57,072 bases of DNA from a virus. Its lineage: Duplodnaviria; Caudoviricetes. The translations under genes and the position numbers were made by a program. The DNA lies in the IMG/VR virus record IMGVR_UViG_3300020401_000021, positions 1 through 57,072 of that record; one strand, written 5' to 3'. Under the pieces are notes generated by a model that was not told where the DNA came from, did no database searches, and was given only the letters and a program-made list of their open reading frames with translations. Shown in pieces: positions 1 to 8,899 of the stretch. Each line of letters begins with the position of its first letter. Within the stretch, counting starts at the first letter, position 1.

Positions 1-287
1 CGTTGCCATGTTCATCATAGCTAAACGTATTGACGTTCGATCAATACCAGCTTCTGTTATTTGAAAATCTGAAAGTTTAGTCATTGTCTGTACTAGCAGA
101 TTATAATAATTCGGCGATGAAATATCTAACATCATTGCTTGAGCAATTTCTTCTGTTTCTGCTTGAATTTGCACTGCCATTTGAAGGGCTTTTGCTGAGT
201 TCTTGTCGTTTAAATCGTCGCCAAAGAAAGTTGTACCTACAATAGCTTGTAAGTTTTTTCTAAACTTATCAGGGTCTTTTACCGCAA
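1..287. repeat. Terminal overlap, left copy (circular assembly)
   Basis: 1-287 matches 56786-57072 except at window positions 78, 149, 219 and 234. Confidence 0.95.
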
Positions 288-1422
288 GTTCATTTGTGTT
301 CTTTTTTCGCTGGTTAGCTATAGCAGTTTTAACGTTTTGTTCTTCTTGTTGATTAACTTGATTAAGAGTTGTCCTTTTAATTTCATTAAACTTACGATTA
401 ATTTCAGCATCTAACTTACCGTCAATGTCTAACACTGAGTTAAGAGTAAGAAGATTTGGGTCTACACTTTTTCGTACTTCGTTTAAAATAAAATTTTCTA
501 ATTCTCTTACAGTTTTAAAATTTCTTAAATCTTCAACATTAAGATTGCCTATTAACGTGTTGGCAGCAGTAGCAGCTTTATTCTTGTCTGTGTTTATTGC
601 ACCGTCTCGTCTATTTAACCAAGATTTCCAACTTGGATCGTAGTATTTTTCTCTAAGCTGCTCTAACTCTGTAGGGTCTGTAACCCAAGGGGCTATCTCA
701 GATTTAATCTTATCCCAATTAACATCTTGCGCACTTATATCTGTGACTGATGCTTGGTCTGCTGCTAGCTTTGCAGAGTTTGGAATTTTATTAATTAACA
801 TTGTCTTCTTATTATCTGCCATATTAAGAAGCTGTTGCTGAAACGGGCCACGCAAATCTTTATTTGTTATTCTATTTAACACACTATCCATCTGCGAAGG
901 GTTTGCTGTTGAACCCCATTGTGAAATATATTGCTGTACTTCTGGCGTTATCTGGGTTTTAGCTAGTCTTGTTCCAAGACCCACAACGGCTTGATTAACT
1001 ACGCCATCTTTGCCGATAATATCTTCGCTAAATAGACCATTACCCATATCGCCAAAAGCTTTTCGGGCTGTTTCCATATCTTTAGACCCAATGGCAATGT
1101 CAGCAAATATGTTGCCAGCTTTTTCAAGCTCGTTTAATTTAGCATTTCGGTTTTGTATTTCTCGTGTCTGTGCAGCATTTGCAAGCTCAGTCTGTCTGCG
1201 CTTAACTCGTTCTCGCATTGCACTTTTAGATGGCAACATACCTCTAAAATATTCGCTGCCGCCAGATAATTGATTAGCGTAAGCGTCAGCTTGATCAGCA
1301 GTTATGTCAGGATTTAAACGAATATACTCGTTGTATAACGACGCATTTTCTGCACGTATCGCACGGTTTTCTTTTTCTCTATCAGCCCGACCTTTTGCGT
1401 AAGCACCTAAACCCCATACCAT
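1..1422 (-). CDS. 5' part of ~833-aa helical internal virion/ejection protein spanning the junction
   Basis: Not in ORF track. ATG at 1422 abuts the upstream TAA; frame is open (MVWGLGAYAKGRADREKENR...NMAT) and joins in frame to 56785..55706. Confidence 0.8.
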   Translation of the reverse strand, partial: MVWGLGAYAKGRADREKENRAIRAENASLYNEYIRLNPDITADQADAYANQLSGGSEYFRGMLPSKSAMRERVKRRQTELANAAQTREIQNRNAKLNELEKAGNIFADIAIGSKDMETARKAFGDMGNGLFSEDIIGKDGVVNQAVVGLGTRLAKTQITPEVQQYISQWGSTANPSQMDSVLNRITNKDLRGPFQQQLLNMADNKKTMLINKIPNSAKLAADQASVTDISAQDVNWDKIKSEIAPWVTDPTELEQLREKYYDPSWKSWLNRRDGAINTDKNKAATAANTLIGNLNVEDLRNFKTVRELENFILNEVRKSVDPNLLTLNSVLDIDGKLDAEINRKFNEIKRTTLNQVNQQEEQNVKTAIANQRKKNTNELAVKDPDKFRKNLQAIVGTTFFGDDLNDKNSAKALQMAVQIQAETEEIAQAMMLDISSPNYYNLLVQTMTKLSDFQITEAGIDRTSIRLAMMNMAT

Positions 1423-2664
1423 TTATTTCTTCCCACTTTCGTAGCCTGATCCGTAAAACAATCCACCAGCTTGCTCGCCATACAAGCCAGCAAGATTGGC
1501 CGCGTTGGTAGCGGCGTTGTTTAATGTTGTTGTAGCGTTAGCTGCTCCTGTTGCAGAAAACTTATATGGCGCTGTAACCATGTTGCCTACAGTGTTTATA
1601 TATCCTGTTGCTAAATCAGCCTGTGTACCCATTAAGGACGTTGCTGTTGTGTAATCTTCAAGCGCTTCACCAGTTGTCATAGCATCAAGATTTTTTAACC
1701 AAGTAAATGGTGAGTTTTCTAATATGTTTTGGTAATCAAGATTAATACCGCGCATATTTAGATAATTCTTCACATAATCTTGTCCGTAAGCACCAGCAGC
1801 CATTTGGTTACCTAGCTCACCTGTTGCATAATTTAATCCGCTTGTTGTTAAATCAGCGTCCATTTTGCGTTCAGTGTTTGTCATGTTCTGTTCATTGCTA
1901 ACCATTGTTTGGTTTGCGCCAATGTAATTTTTAGCGTCGTTAACACCGTCAAGAATAGCTTGGTTCATTTTTTCTGTAGCAAAATCAGCCATTGCTTTTT
2001 CTGTTTCAATGCTGATTGTTGAGTTTTCAAAGCCTTCTGGAATAGATGCAAGAGCATTACCAGCAGCTATATCAATAGCTCTTCTAGCGTTGTTCATTCT
2101 AATGTTAGTAAAACGTGCTGCAATTTTGTCGAATTGCTTAGCCATATCAAAAGTTGACGGAGCGTTAGCTGCTGCTTCTGCATCACGTTCGCGGTACAAA
2201 CTATCTGCTGTACTTAAAATGTAATCTGCAAAATCTCTAAATGTACCTTCTGTGTCGGCCATTAGAGCTTGGTCTTCTTTAGTTCTTTGATCTACTGAAG
2301 AAGATAAATCGCTAAGTTTTGCATCATAATCAGCTTTGTCTGATGCTTCTTCTTCTACTCTAGCGTCACCTACAAATTTTAAAAATGACTGCAAGTTCTC
2401 TGGTGTAATCTGACCGTAGTTGCCGTAAGCATCTAACAAAGCTTGCATGTTAGACGACATTACTTTGCCGCCTTCTTTATAGTAATCGCGTACTTCGTTA
2501 GCTGCTGCTACGGCTTGCGCTATTTGCGCCTCGCTCATATTAGCAATTTTTTCAGCTTGATTACCTTGATTGAAACCTTCAATCAGTTGGTATACTTTTA
2601 TGAAAGGATTGATATTATCAAGTCCTGCGGTGACTAGGTCGCCTAAATCATCTAAAACACTCAT
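1423..2664 (-). CDS. Putative internal virion/ejection protein (Ala/Asn-rich, helical)
   Basis: 413-aa ORF coupled to neighbours, at the internal-virion-protein position. Confidence 0.6.
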   Translation of the reverse strand: MSVLDDLGDLVTAGLDNINPFIKVYQLIEGFNQGNQAEKIANMSEAQIAQAVAAANEVRDYYKEGGKVMSSNMQALLDAYGNYGQITPENLQSFLKFVGDARVEEEASDKADYDAKLSDLSSSVDQRTKEDQALMADTEGTFRDFADYILSTADSLYRERDAEAAANAPSTFDMAKQFDKIAARFTNIRMNNARRAIDIAAGNALASIPEGFENSTISIETEKAMADFATEKMNQAILDGVNDAKNYIGANQTMVSNEQNMTNTERKMDADLTTSGLNYATGELGNQMAAGAYGQDYVKNYLNMRGINLDYQNILENSPFTWLKNLDAMTTGEALEDYTTATSLMGTQADLATGYINTVGNMVTAPYKFSATGAANATTTLNNAATNAANLAGLYGEQAGGLFYGSGYESGKK

Positions 2665-2676
2665 AACTTATGTTCC

Positions 2677-5025
2677 CTAAACGTTAATCGCTGACCCAAA
2701 CCCCGTTCGCCGTTCCGCTCTAAAGGGAGAAATGCTACCACCCACACCAACGCCAGCCGCATTAATCGGCACATTAATGTATCTAATCTCACCTGTGTCT
2801 CTGTCTTTAACAGCTTTACGATAATACATTCCTGTGTCTGAGCCAGTTGATATAAGTGTTCCGTCTGCATTTGGCATCATCGCAAACCCAAAAGCATTAA
2901 GGTAAGCTGCTGGATCATAACCGTCTTGGTTGTAATTGCTAAACATTTCTTGAATTTTTGCTAACAAGTCCTGATAGCTCATATCATCTACTTCACCTTC
3001 TGCCGTCAATGATGCAATTGTTGCTTTGAGAGCGTCAATTTGGTCTTGCAAACTACCAACTAAACCATCTTGAGAAATGTTGCTAGCAGTAGTATCAGCA
3101 CCAGCATCTGCACCACCGCCGTCTTTTATGTCGTCTAGCATAGACGCAATTAAAGCATTAAGAGTATCAACATCCATTTCTAAGTATGGTGTAACATCAA
3201 AGTCTGCGCCAAAGATAGCTTTTAACAACGCAGTTTTTTGTTCAGTTGTCATGCTTTCTGCAATTTTTGTTTCTATAGTTGTGCTAGTTAAAGTTATTGT
3301 ACCATCTGCTGCAACAGTGTAAATTTCTGTTGTTGTTTCACCCGTGACAGGGTCAATACTCATAACGGTTATTTGACCGTTTTCATCAATAACGTAATCA
3401 ACGCCATTAAAAGTAATGGTATCCCCTGCTTCAAAAACATCTTCTCCAACTTTAACTAGGTTGCCGTTTTCGTCGTACTCATAGCGACCTTCTGCTATAG
3501 CGTCAGCAATAGCTTGATTGTATTCTTCTTCGTTAGTGTAAGTAACACCATCAAACTCTTGACTGAAACCAGCGGTTACCGCCACACCGTTTTCGTAAGT
3601 AACGCCTTCGTATTCGCCAGTAAATAGCTCGCCGTTAAACAGTAATGTCTCGCCGTCAAAAACATAACCTGTGTTTGCTGTGGTTGAAGGCCCATCATCA
3701 TTGTCGTCTGCTGGGACATAAGCTATGCCATTCCAAACTAGCCTACCAGCATCTACGTCTGCTTTTTGAGCCGCATTTAAATTATTATATGCTTGTTGTT
3801 GAGCAGATAAAGCATCGTCATTAGTTGGCGTTTCGCCTTCGCCTTCGTCTTCGGGAGTTTCGCCTTCGCCAGTTTCGCCTTCGGGTGGTATATAATCTGA
3901 ACCATCGTTAATGTATACTTGTCCAAAGCCACCTGTTTCATTGCCTTGTGATAAGTCACCTACTGGTGTCTCTCCAAAAGCAGTGCCACCACCAGTTTCG
4001 TCGTAAGGATCATCCCCACTTACTCCGCTTGGAGTACCACTAGCAGCCGCTACTCCTTCTGCTGTCGAGGTGTCTACACCACTACCCCCTGCTGGTACAG
4101 CTTGGGTGTTATTACCGCCGCCTGTTTCTTCATAAGGATCGTCGCCGCTTACGCCGCTTGGCGTTCCACTGTAATCCGAACCATCGTTAATGTATTGCTG
4201 GTTTACTACTACGGGGTCGTTTACGAGTTCTCTACTGCGTTCGTTAATTTTTACGTTCTGAGGATTAATTGCTTTACCGTCAGGCCCAAGTGTCCAGCCG
4301 TAGTCTTCTACTAATATTCTTTGTACGCCATCTGAGTATTGAGCATCGTCAGCAGACGTTATGTTCATAGTATTTTCTTGACTTCCACTTCCAAAGTTTT
4401 GGTTTGGTATAACGTCGCCTTGCTCTGCGCCTGTTAAGTCACTTACTATCGCACCCTCTGCACCACCAGGAACGCCAACATATTGTGTGCCGCCCGACAT
4501 GTCGTCACCAGCGCCGTCTATCCCTGCGGCTATTGCATAGTTACGACCTGTAGATGTCATACCATAGTTAACGTTAGAAGTATCAGACCTTGCATCGCTT
4601 TGGTTGTTCGCTGCCATTTGGGAAGATAGCTGAGAACTGGTAGGCGTGTAGTCGTCGTCGCCAAAGTCCATCTTCTCTGCTGATGATGTTGATTTAGTTC
4701 CAGACCCACCGTAATTAGCAGTCATTGCACCACTTGCTGCTAAGTAATCCATTTCGGTATTGCTACCGCCACTGTCGCTTGATGTAGTGCCACCGCCACC
4801 AGTTTCGCCAGCATAGTTTGTTGTGTACTCCGCACCATTATAAGTAAATGTACCACCAGCGCCTTGCTGTGCGCGAGCTTCAGCAAAAGCTTCATCAAAT
4901 GATTGATTGCTAGATGAAGAACTACTGCTGCTAGAACTACTGCTGCTGCCGCCTCCTCCGCTATCATCGTCCGTTTTTCTAAGAATTTGTGTATAACGCT
5001 CAACTATAGAGAACATAGGGATCAT
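2677..5025 (-). CDS. Acidic Gly/Asp/Thr-rich virion-region protein carrying module B and internal repeats
   Basis: 782 aa; poly-Ser tract; FDEAFAEARAQQGAGGTFTYNG motif; duplicated SGTPSGVSGDDPY[ED]ETGGG; C-terminal coiled coil. Confidence 0.7.
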   Translation of the reverse strand: MIPMFSIVERYTQILRKTDDDSGGGGSSSSSSSSSSSSSNQSFDEAFAEARAQQGAGGTFTYNGAEYTTNYAGETGGGGTTSSDSGGSNTEMDYLAASGAMTANYGGSGTKSTSSAEKMDFGDDDYTPTSSQLSSQMAANNQSDARSDTSNVNYGMTSTGRNYAIAAGIDGAGDDMSGGTQYVGVPGGAEGAIVSDLTGAEQGDVIPNQNFGSGSQENTMNITSADDAQYSDGVQRILVEDYGWTLGPDGKAINPQNVKINERSRELVNDPVVVNQQYINDGSDYSGTPSGVSGDDPYEETGGGNNTQAVPAGGSGVDTSTAEGVAAASGTPSGVSGDDPYDETGGGTAFGETPVGDLSQGNETGGFGQVYINDGSDYIPPEGETGEGETPEDEGEGETPTNDDALSAQQQAYNNLNAAQKADVDAGRLVWNGIAYVPADDNDDGPSTTANTGYVFDGETLLFNGELFTGEYEGVTYENGVAVTAGFSQEFDGVTYTNEEEYNQAIADAIAEGRYEYDENGNLVKVGEDVFEAGDTITFNGVDYVIDENGQITVMSIDPVTGETTTEIYTVAADGTITLTSTTIETKIAESMTTEQKTALLKAIFGADFDVTPYLEMDVDTLNALIASMLDDIKDGGGADAGADTTASNISQDGLVGSLQDQIDALKATIASLTAEGEVDDMSYQDLLAKIQEMFSNYNQDGYDPAAYLNAFGFAMMPNADGTLISTGSDTGMYYRKAVKDRDTGEIRYINVPINAAGVGVGGSISPFRAERRTGFGSAINV
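3985..4170 (-). repeat. Two 57-nt copies encoding SGTPSGVSGDDPY[DE]ETGGG
   Basis: Copies at 3985-4041 and 4114-4170; 18/19 aa identical, many third positions differ. Confidence 0.9.
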
Positions 5026-5447
5026 AGCGCGTCCTTTCTAAACCATATTGATGGGCGTTGTGACCCGTTTGCGTGTTTTCTTATTGCTGTTGCAGTTTTT
5101 GCTTCTGGGTATTTCTTAGATAAAGTTTTAGTAATATGACGAACAAAATCTAAAACGTCTTGTCTACCTGATCGGCAAAGAAATTGGCAAAAATGTAATT
5201 GACCACCTTCGTTTCTTTGAAAGACTTTTACTGCATCTATACGATTTTCTTTTAACTCTTTCTCAGTAAGAAAAGCATACGTTACCAAACCGCGAAGTTT
5301 ATTATCCCTAATAAAAGAGATAGACTTGCCGTACTCGATTGGCAGAAAAACATTCCGCGCTATCCAGCTAGGGCTATTGTCGCTGTAAAAAGGATCATTA
5401 CGAAACAGATCAGCAGCTTGATATTTCTTTTGCGATACAGATAGCAT
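5022..5447 (-). CDS. HlyC/RtxC-like toxin-activating acyltransferase-fold protein (divergent active site)
   Basis: Colinear with HlyC blocks as I recall them: RNVFLPI~INVLPAI, IRDNKLRGLVTYAFLT~TRDNYPVAYCSWANLS, GGQLHFCQFLCRSG~GDRKWFIDWIAPFG, KKYPE..TAIR~KKFPD..RAIR. Confidence 0.65.
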   Translation of the reverse strand: MLSVSQKKYQAADLFRNDPFYSDNSPSWIARNVFLPIEYGKSISFIRDNKLRGLVTYAFLTEKELKENRIDAVKVFQRNEGGQLHFCQFLCRSGRQDVLDFVRHITKTLSKKYPEAKTATAIRKHANGSQRPSIWFRKDAL

Positions 5448-5677
5448 TACATTTTTATCTTTTCAAACTTAGGGTAAAACTCTATCAACCCTGTTTTTGG
5501 GTTAGTAGTACCAGCACCACCAATTGCTTTTAAAAGTTCTTTTGTAAATGGCGTAGCATGAAGTAATCTGTTGTCACCACGACGTCCTTGGATTGCAACT
5601 TTCTTAGCCATTCCACTTGCTCGCTGAGCCATGGACATGCCTGTATTTGGGCCATAAAGGTAATCGGAAAATGCCAT
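5447..5677 (-). CDS. Small protein consisting essentially of module A (GRxGD..H..P....LK..G.GT.NP.TGL.EFY)
   Basis: 76 aa; AGGAG RBS; motif shared with N-terminus of 5736..7367. Confidence 0.8.
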   Translation of the reverse strand: MAFSDYLYGPNTGMSMAQRASGMAKKVAIQGRRGDNRLLHATPFTKELLKAIGGAGTTNPKTGLIEFYPKFEKIKM

Positions 5678-5728
5678 TGGTTCTATCTCCTGTACTTGTT
5701 CTTACTTTAACTGCATTTTTTAAACACA

Positions 5729-5738
5729 GTCGTCCCTA
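5729..5738 (-). promoter_or_regulatory. TAGGGACGAC late promoter-like motif
   Basis: Recurrent motif; overlaps the TAG stop of the upstream gene. Confidence 0.6.
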
Positions 5739-7367
5739 TGCGTATTGCACATTATTTACACTAGAAACAGTAGAAGCTACTTGGTCAGTCACACCGCTTA
5801 CACTTTCTTGAATACCCAAAGCTTCGCCATTGCGTCGTCTAAGTTCTGTTTCAATGTTAGCCATTTTTCTTTCAACAATTTCTATTTGTCTAGCAGTTGT
5901 TGCTGTCAATAATTCCAAACGTAAGTTGTTAAGCTCTTCTTGCAGTAATGCAGAAGTATATTCGGAATATGTTTTGTGTGATGTCAAGCGACCAAGGTAG
6001 CCACTATTGATTTGTGTATCACCAGTATCGTTAGTGTACTGCACCATTGCCTTAACGTCAGAGATTAAATTGTCGTAGCCTTCGTTGTTGCCGCCGTAAG
6101 TTGCTTCAACAAATCCACTTTTCTTATCGCCAACGTATAAATTAATGTTTCCGTCTGCTCCCATTCTAACAGAAATGTCGCCTTTAAGTTCGTCTTGCAT
6201 GGAAGACGGTAAGGTAGCAACCATTTGCATAATAGCGTTTCTAGCTTTCTCTGTGTTAACGTAAGCCTCATTTTGAAACTTATCACCAAAATACAATCTA
6301 AAAGGTTTGTGCTGGCCATCGTAAGTTACGTCTACTTTTTTACCATCTGGTGTGTAAACGTAATCAGAAAATGGTAAAGTTCCGTCGCCGTTAATCGTAA
6401 ACTTTAAGTCAGATAAATCTGTGTCTGCTGTAGCGTTGTCACTAGCTGCGACTTCTTCATCTGTTACTAGGTCTTCTACTTCTGACAAATGGCGATTGTC
6501 TTCTTTATTTTTACTTCTTCTATCTTTGTTTGACTGCACAAATTCTTGATGCCGTTTCATGTTTTCAGCTTTTTGCTCGTCAGTTAAGTCGTCATTGTTA
6601 AAAAAATCAGCAATGTTGTTAAACGGATTACCGTCGTTGTCTGTGTCAACGGTTGCCATAGCTGCTGCTCCCATTAAAGTTGGAATAGGTGCAAGCATTA
6701 ACCCAGCTACGTTAAGAACAGATCGGAATGGGCTGTTGGATGATGGCATTAAGTTGCCAGCAAATCGTTCGCCCCATGTGCTGTCATTTGTTTTGCTGCT
6801 TCTGTCGTTAGGTCTGTCATTTCTATTTCGATTATTCGCAGTTAAAAAACTACCGTCACCGTCAACGTCTAATGCTCCACCCAAGTAGCCATCGTTGACG
6901 CCTTCAACAATGTTCATTTCTTGTCCAAGAAAGTTACGTGTTACACCATCATTATCTGTGGTTGTCCACATTGAACCATCGCCATCACGGTCAAGTCCAA
7001 GAAAAGAACTATTACGGTTTGCTTCTCTTTCAGCGTCCGTTAGCGTTCCGCGACCTTGTGGGCTGTAGCTGCTGCTGCTTCCTTTGTTAGTTTCTTCTGC
7101 GTAGTCTGTAGTATAGCTTTTCCCTTTGTAGCTAAACGTACCGCCAGCCCCTTGTTCTTTTCTAGCTTCTGCAAAAGCTTCCCCAAACGTTTGTTCGTTG
7201 GGATTGTTTTCAGTGTAAAATTCATACAAACCAGTTGATGGGTTAATTGTTCCTGACCCTATTTCTTTTAAGAAACGCAATTCGTCGGGGGTGACGTGTA
7301 CTAATTCACTGTCACCTTTCCGACCTAGTTTGCTAAGCTCAAAGGCTTGTCGTTTTAAATTAGACAT
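5736..7367 (-). CDS. Virion-region protein with modules A+B, DxDxDG Ca-binding-like motifs and a hydrophobic segment
   Basis: 543 aa; DRDGDG, DVDGDG, DTDNDG; SVLNVAGLMLAPIPTLMGAAAMATV; C-terminal coiled coil. Confidence 0.7.
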   Translation of the reverse strand: MSNLKRQAFELSKLGRKGDSELVHVTPDELRFLKEIGSGTINPSTGLYEFYTENNPNEQTFGEAFAEARKEQGAGGTFSYKGKSYTTDYAEETNKGSSSSYSPQGRGTLTDAEREANRNSSFLGLDRDGDGSMWTTTDNDGVTRNFLGQEMNIVEGVNDGYLGGALDVDGDGSFLTANNRNRNDRPNDRSSKTNDSTWGERFAGNLMPSSNSPFRSVLNVAGLMLAPIPTLMGAAAMATVDTDNDGNPFNNIADFFNNDDLTDEQKAENMKRHQEFVQSNKDRRSKNKEDNRHLSEVEDLVTDEEVAASDNATADTDLSDLKFTINGDGTLPFSDYVYTPDGKKVDVTYDGQHKPFRLYFGDKFQNEAYVNTEKARNAIMQMVATLPSSMQDELKGDISVRMGADGNINLYVGDKKSGFVEATYGGNNEGYDNLISDVKAMVQYTNDTGDTQINSGYLGRLTSHKTYSEYTSALLQEELNNLRLELLTATTARQIEIVERKMANIETELRRRNGEALGIQESVSGVTDQVASTVSSVNNVQYA

Positions 7368-8898
7368 TTAAGATCGCCGCCGCTATTGTTACTTCCAAAT
7401 CTGTTGCACTGTTAGAAGACGAAACTTCCACAGCAATTTCTTTTGACGTTGTCGTTGCATCTACTTGTACTGATGCACTTAGGTTTTGTTCTGTAAGTGT
7501 ACTTGATACAGACACCAAGTTACTTGCAGACAAAGTAATGCCGTTAACTTTAAGCTGAATGTTGCAAGTACCCGAAGATGTTTTGGCAGCAATAGCATCA
7601 AGCCTAATAGTTTGTTTAAATCCGCGAGTAATAACTATTGGCCCGTTGCTTATTGAGCCTGTAGTAAAACTATAAAAAGACCTTGTAGCAAAAATATTTG
7701 GTAGCTGCGCAACTGGTATTTGAGCATCTTGGTTTAATTGAGCAACACCGTTTGCTGCACCCATAAATGTTTTAGGAACTAATGCAGTTTGGTCTACGTC
7801 AGAAAACTCTAAACCACCGCCTGTTGAGTTAACTCTCAAGAATTGCAGAGCGTTACTTACAGTAAAAGCTGGGATGCCTGTGTCGGGTGATGTGAGCAGC
7901 CAACCTGTACCGTTGTAAAACTTAAGTACGTTAGGCGAAGATGCAGTATCAACCCAAAGGTCGCCAGCATTTGGTGAAGAAGGAGCAGTTGCACTAACGT
8001 ACACACGTCCTCTGTTTTGAGTTAACGCTGTGAGGTTGTTAATTTTTTGCTGTGGTATTTCATCGTTAGCTATTGATAGTTTGCCGAAAGGAATAAGACC
8101 GCCAGACGTATAGGTGTCTTCTGTCATTAACCCACTAACTTTAACCTGTGTTGTGTCTTCAACACGCAAAAATGTAATTAAGTCTCCAAGAGACAATGAT
8201 TGTGTAAACGTAACTGTCGATTGCGCTGGGCTAGTTGTATAGTCGTTCGATGATCCTTCACGCTGCAACACACCGTTTCTATAAATCATAATAGACTGAT
8301 CTGCTGTATGAACGTATGGAAACACCGCTTGGTTTGCGTTAGCTGTAACTTCTGTTCTTGCAAACCCAGAAGCGTTAGCGCCTTGTACTTTAAAAATAGT
8401 AACAATGTCGCCAGCACTTGCACCGCTACTTAGTGTTACTGTGTTTGCTGTGCTACTATTTGTTATTGCAGTAGATGCTTGAAGCGCTCCGTTAATATAA
8501 ACTAATATTGCGTCAGAGCTATCGTGAGCATAGGAAAATTCTGTTTGCGCAGCCGTAGCAGTAAAATCTTCTCTACCGTTAAAAATAGGAGCGCCGATTG
8601 TTCCAACGTCACTACCTGATGCACCTCTTATTTCAGTAGCTGTTGATAAAGTTTGCCAACCCTCGTTAGCGTCAGTGTATGTACCTACTCGATATTGCAA
8701 ACCCAAAGAGCTATCGTTACGAAGTTCTACAACGCCAGTAACTGTGCCTGATGAATTAAACAATTTTAACAACAATTCGGAAATTGTGTTATCGCCTAGC
8801 TCTGATGCGTTTATGTATCGAACTATGTTTTCGATGTCAGCGCCAATGTTTCCGCTGCTGGTATGATTTCCTGGGTATAATACTTTTAGCCGTGCCAT
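7360..8898 (-). CDS. Tail fibre/appendage protein
   Basis: Two TA.A.Q..F...VY.NG.LQ...TVT....S.GD..T repeats; VSATAPSSPNAGDLWVDT and GAANGVAQL fibre-type motifs. Confidence 0.7.
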   Translation of the reverse strand: MARLKVLYPGNHTSSGNIGADIENIVRYINASELGDNTISELLLKLFNSSGTVTGVVELRNDSSLGLQYRVGTYTDANEGWQTLSTATEIRGASGSDVGTIGAPIFNGREDFTATAAQTEFSYAHDSSDAILVYINGALQASTAITNSSTANTVTLSSGASAGDIVTIFKVQGANASGFARTEVTANANQAVFPYVHTADQSIMIYRNGVLQREGSSNDYTTSPAQSTVTFTQSLSLGDLITFLRVEDTTQVKVSGLMTEDTYTSGGLIPFGKLSIANDEIPQQKINNLTALTQNRGRVYVSATAPSSPNAGDLWVDTASSPNVLKFYNGTGWLLTSPDTGIPAFTVSNALQFLRVNSTGGGLEFSDVDQTALVPKTFMGAANGVAQLNQDAQIPVAQLPNIFATRSFYSFTTGSISNGPIVITRGFKQTIRLDAIAAKTSSGTCNIQLKVNGITLSASNLVSVSSTLTEQNLSASVQVDATTTSKEIAVEVSSSNSATDLEVTIAAAILNV

Positions 8899-8899
8899 T

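Noticed and set aside
2677-5025. True RTX toxin with type I secretion
   Set aside because: No GGxGxDxUx nonapeptide array and no HlyB/HlyD genes
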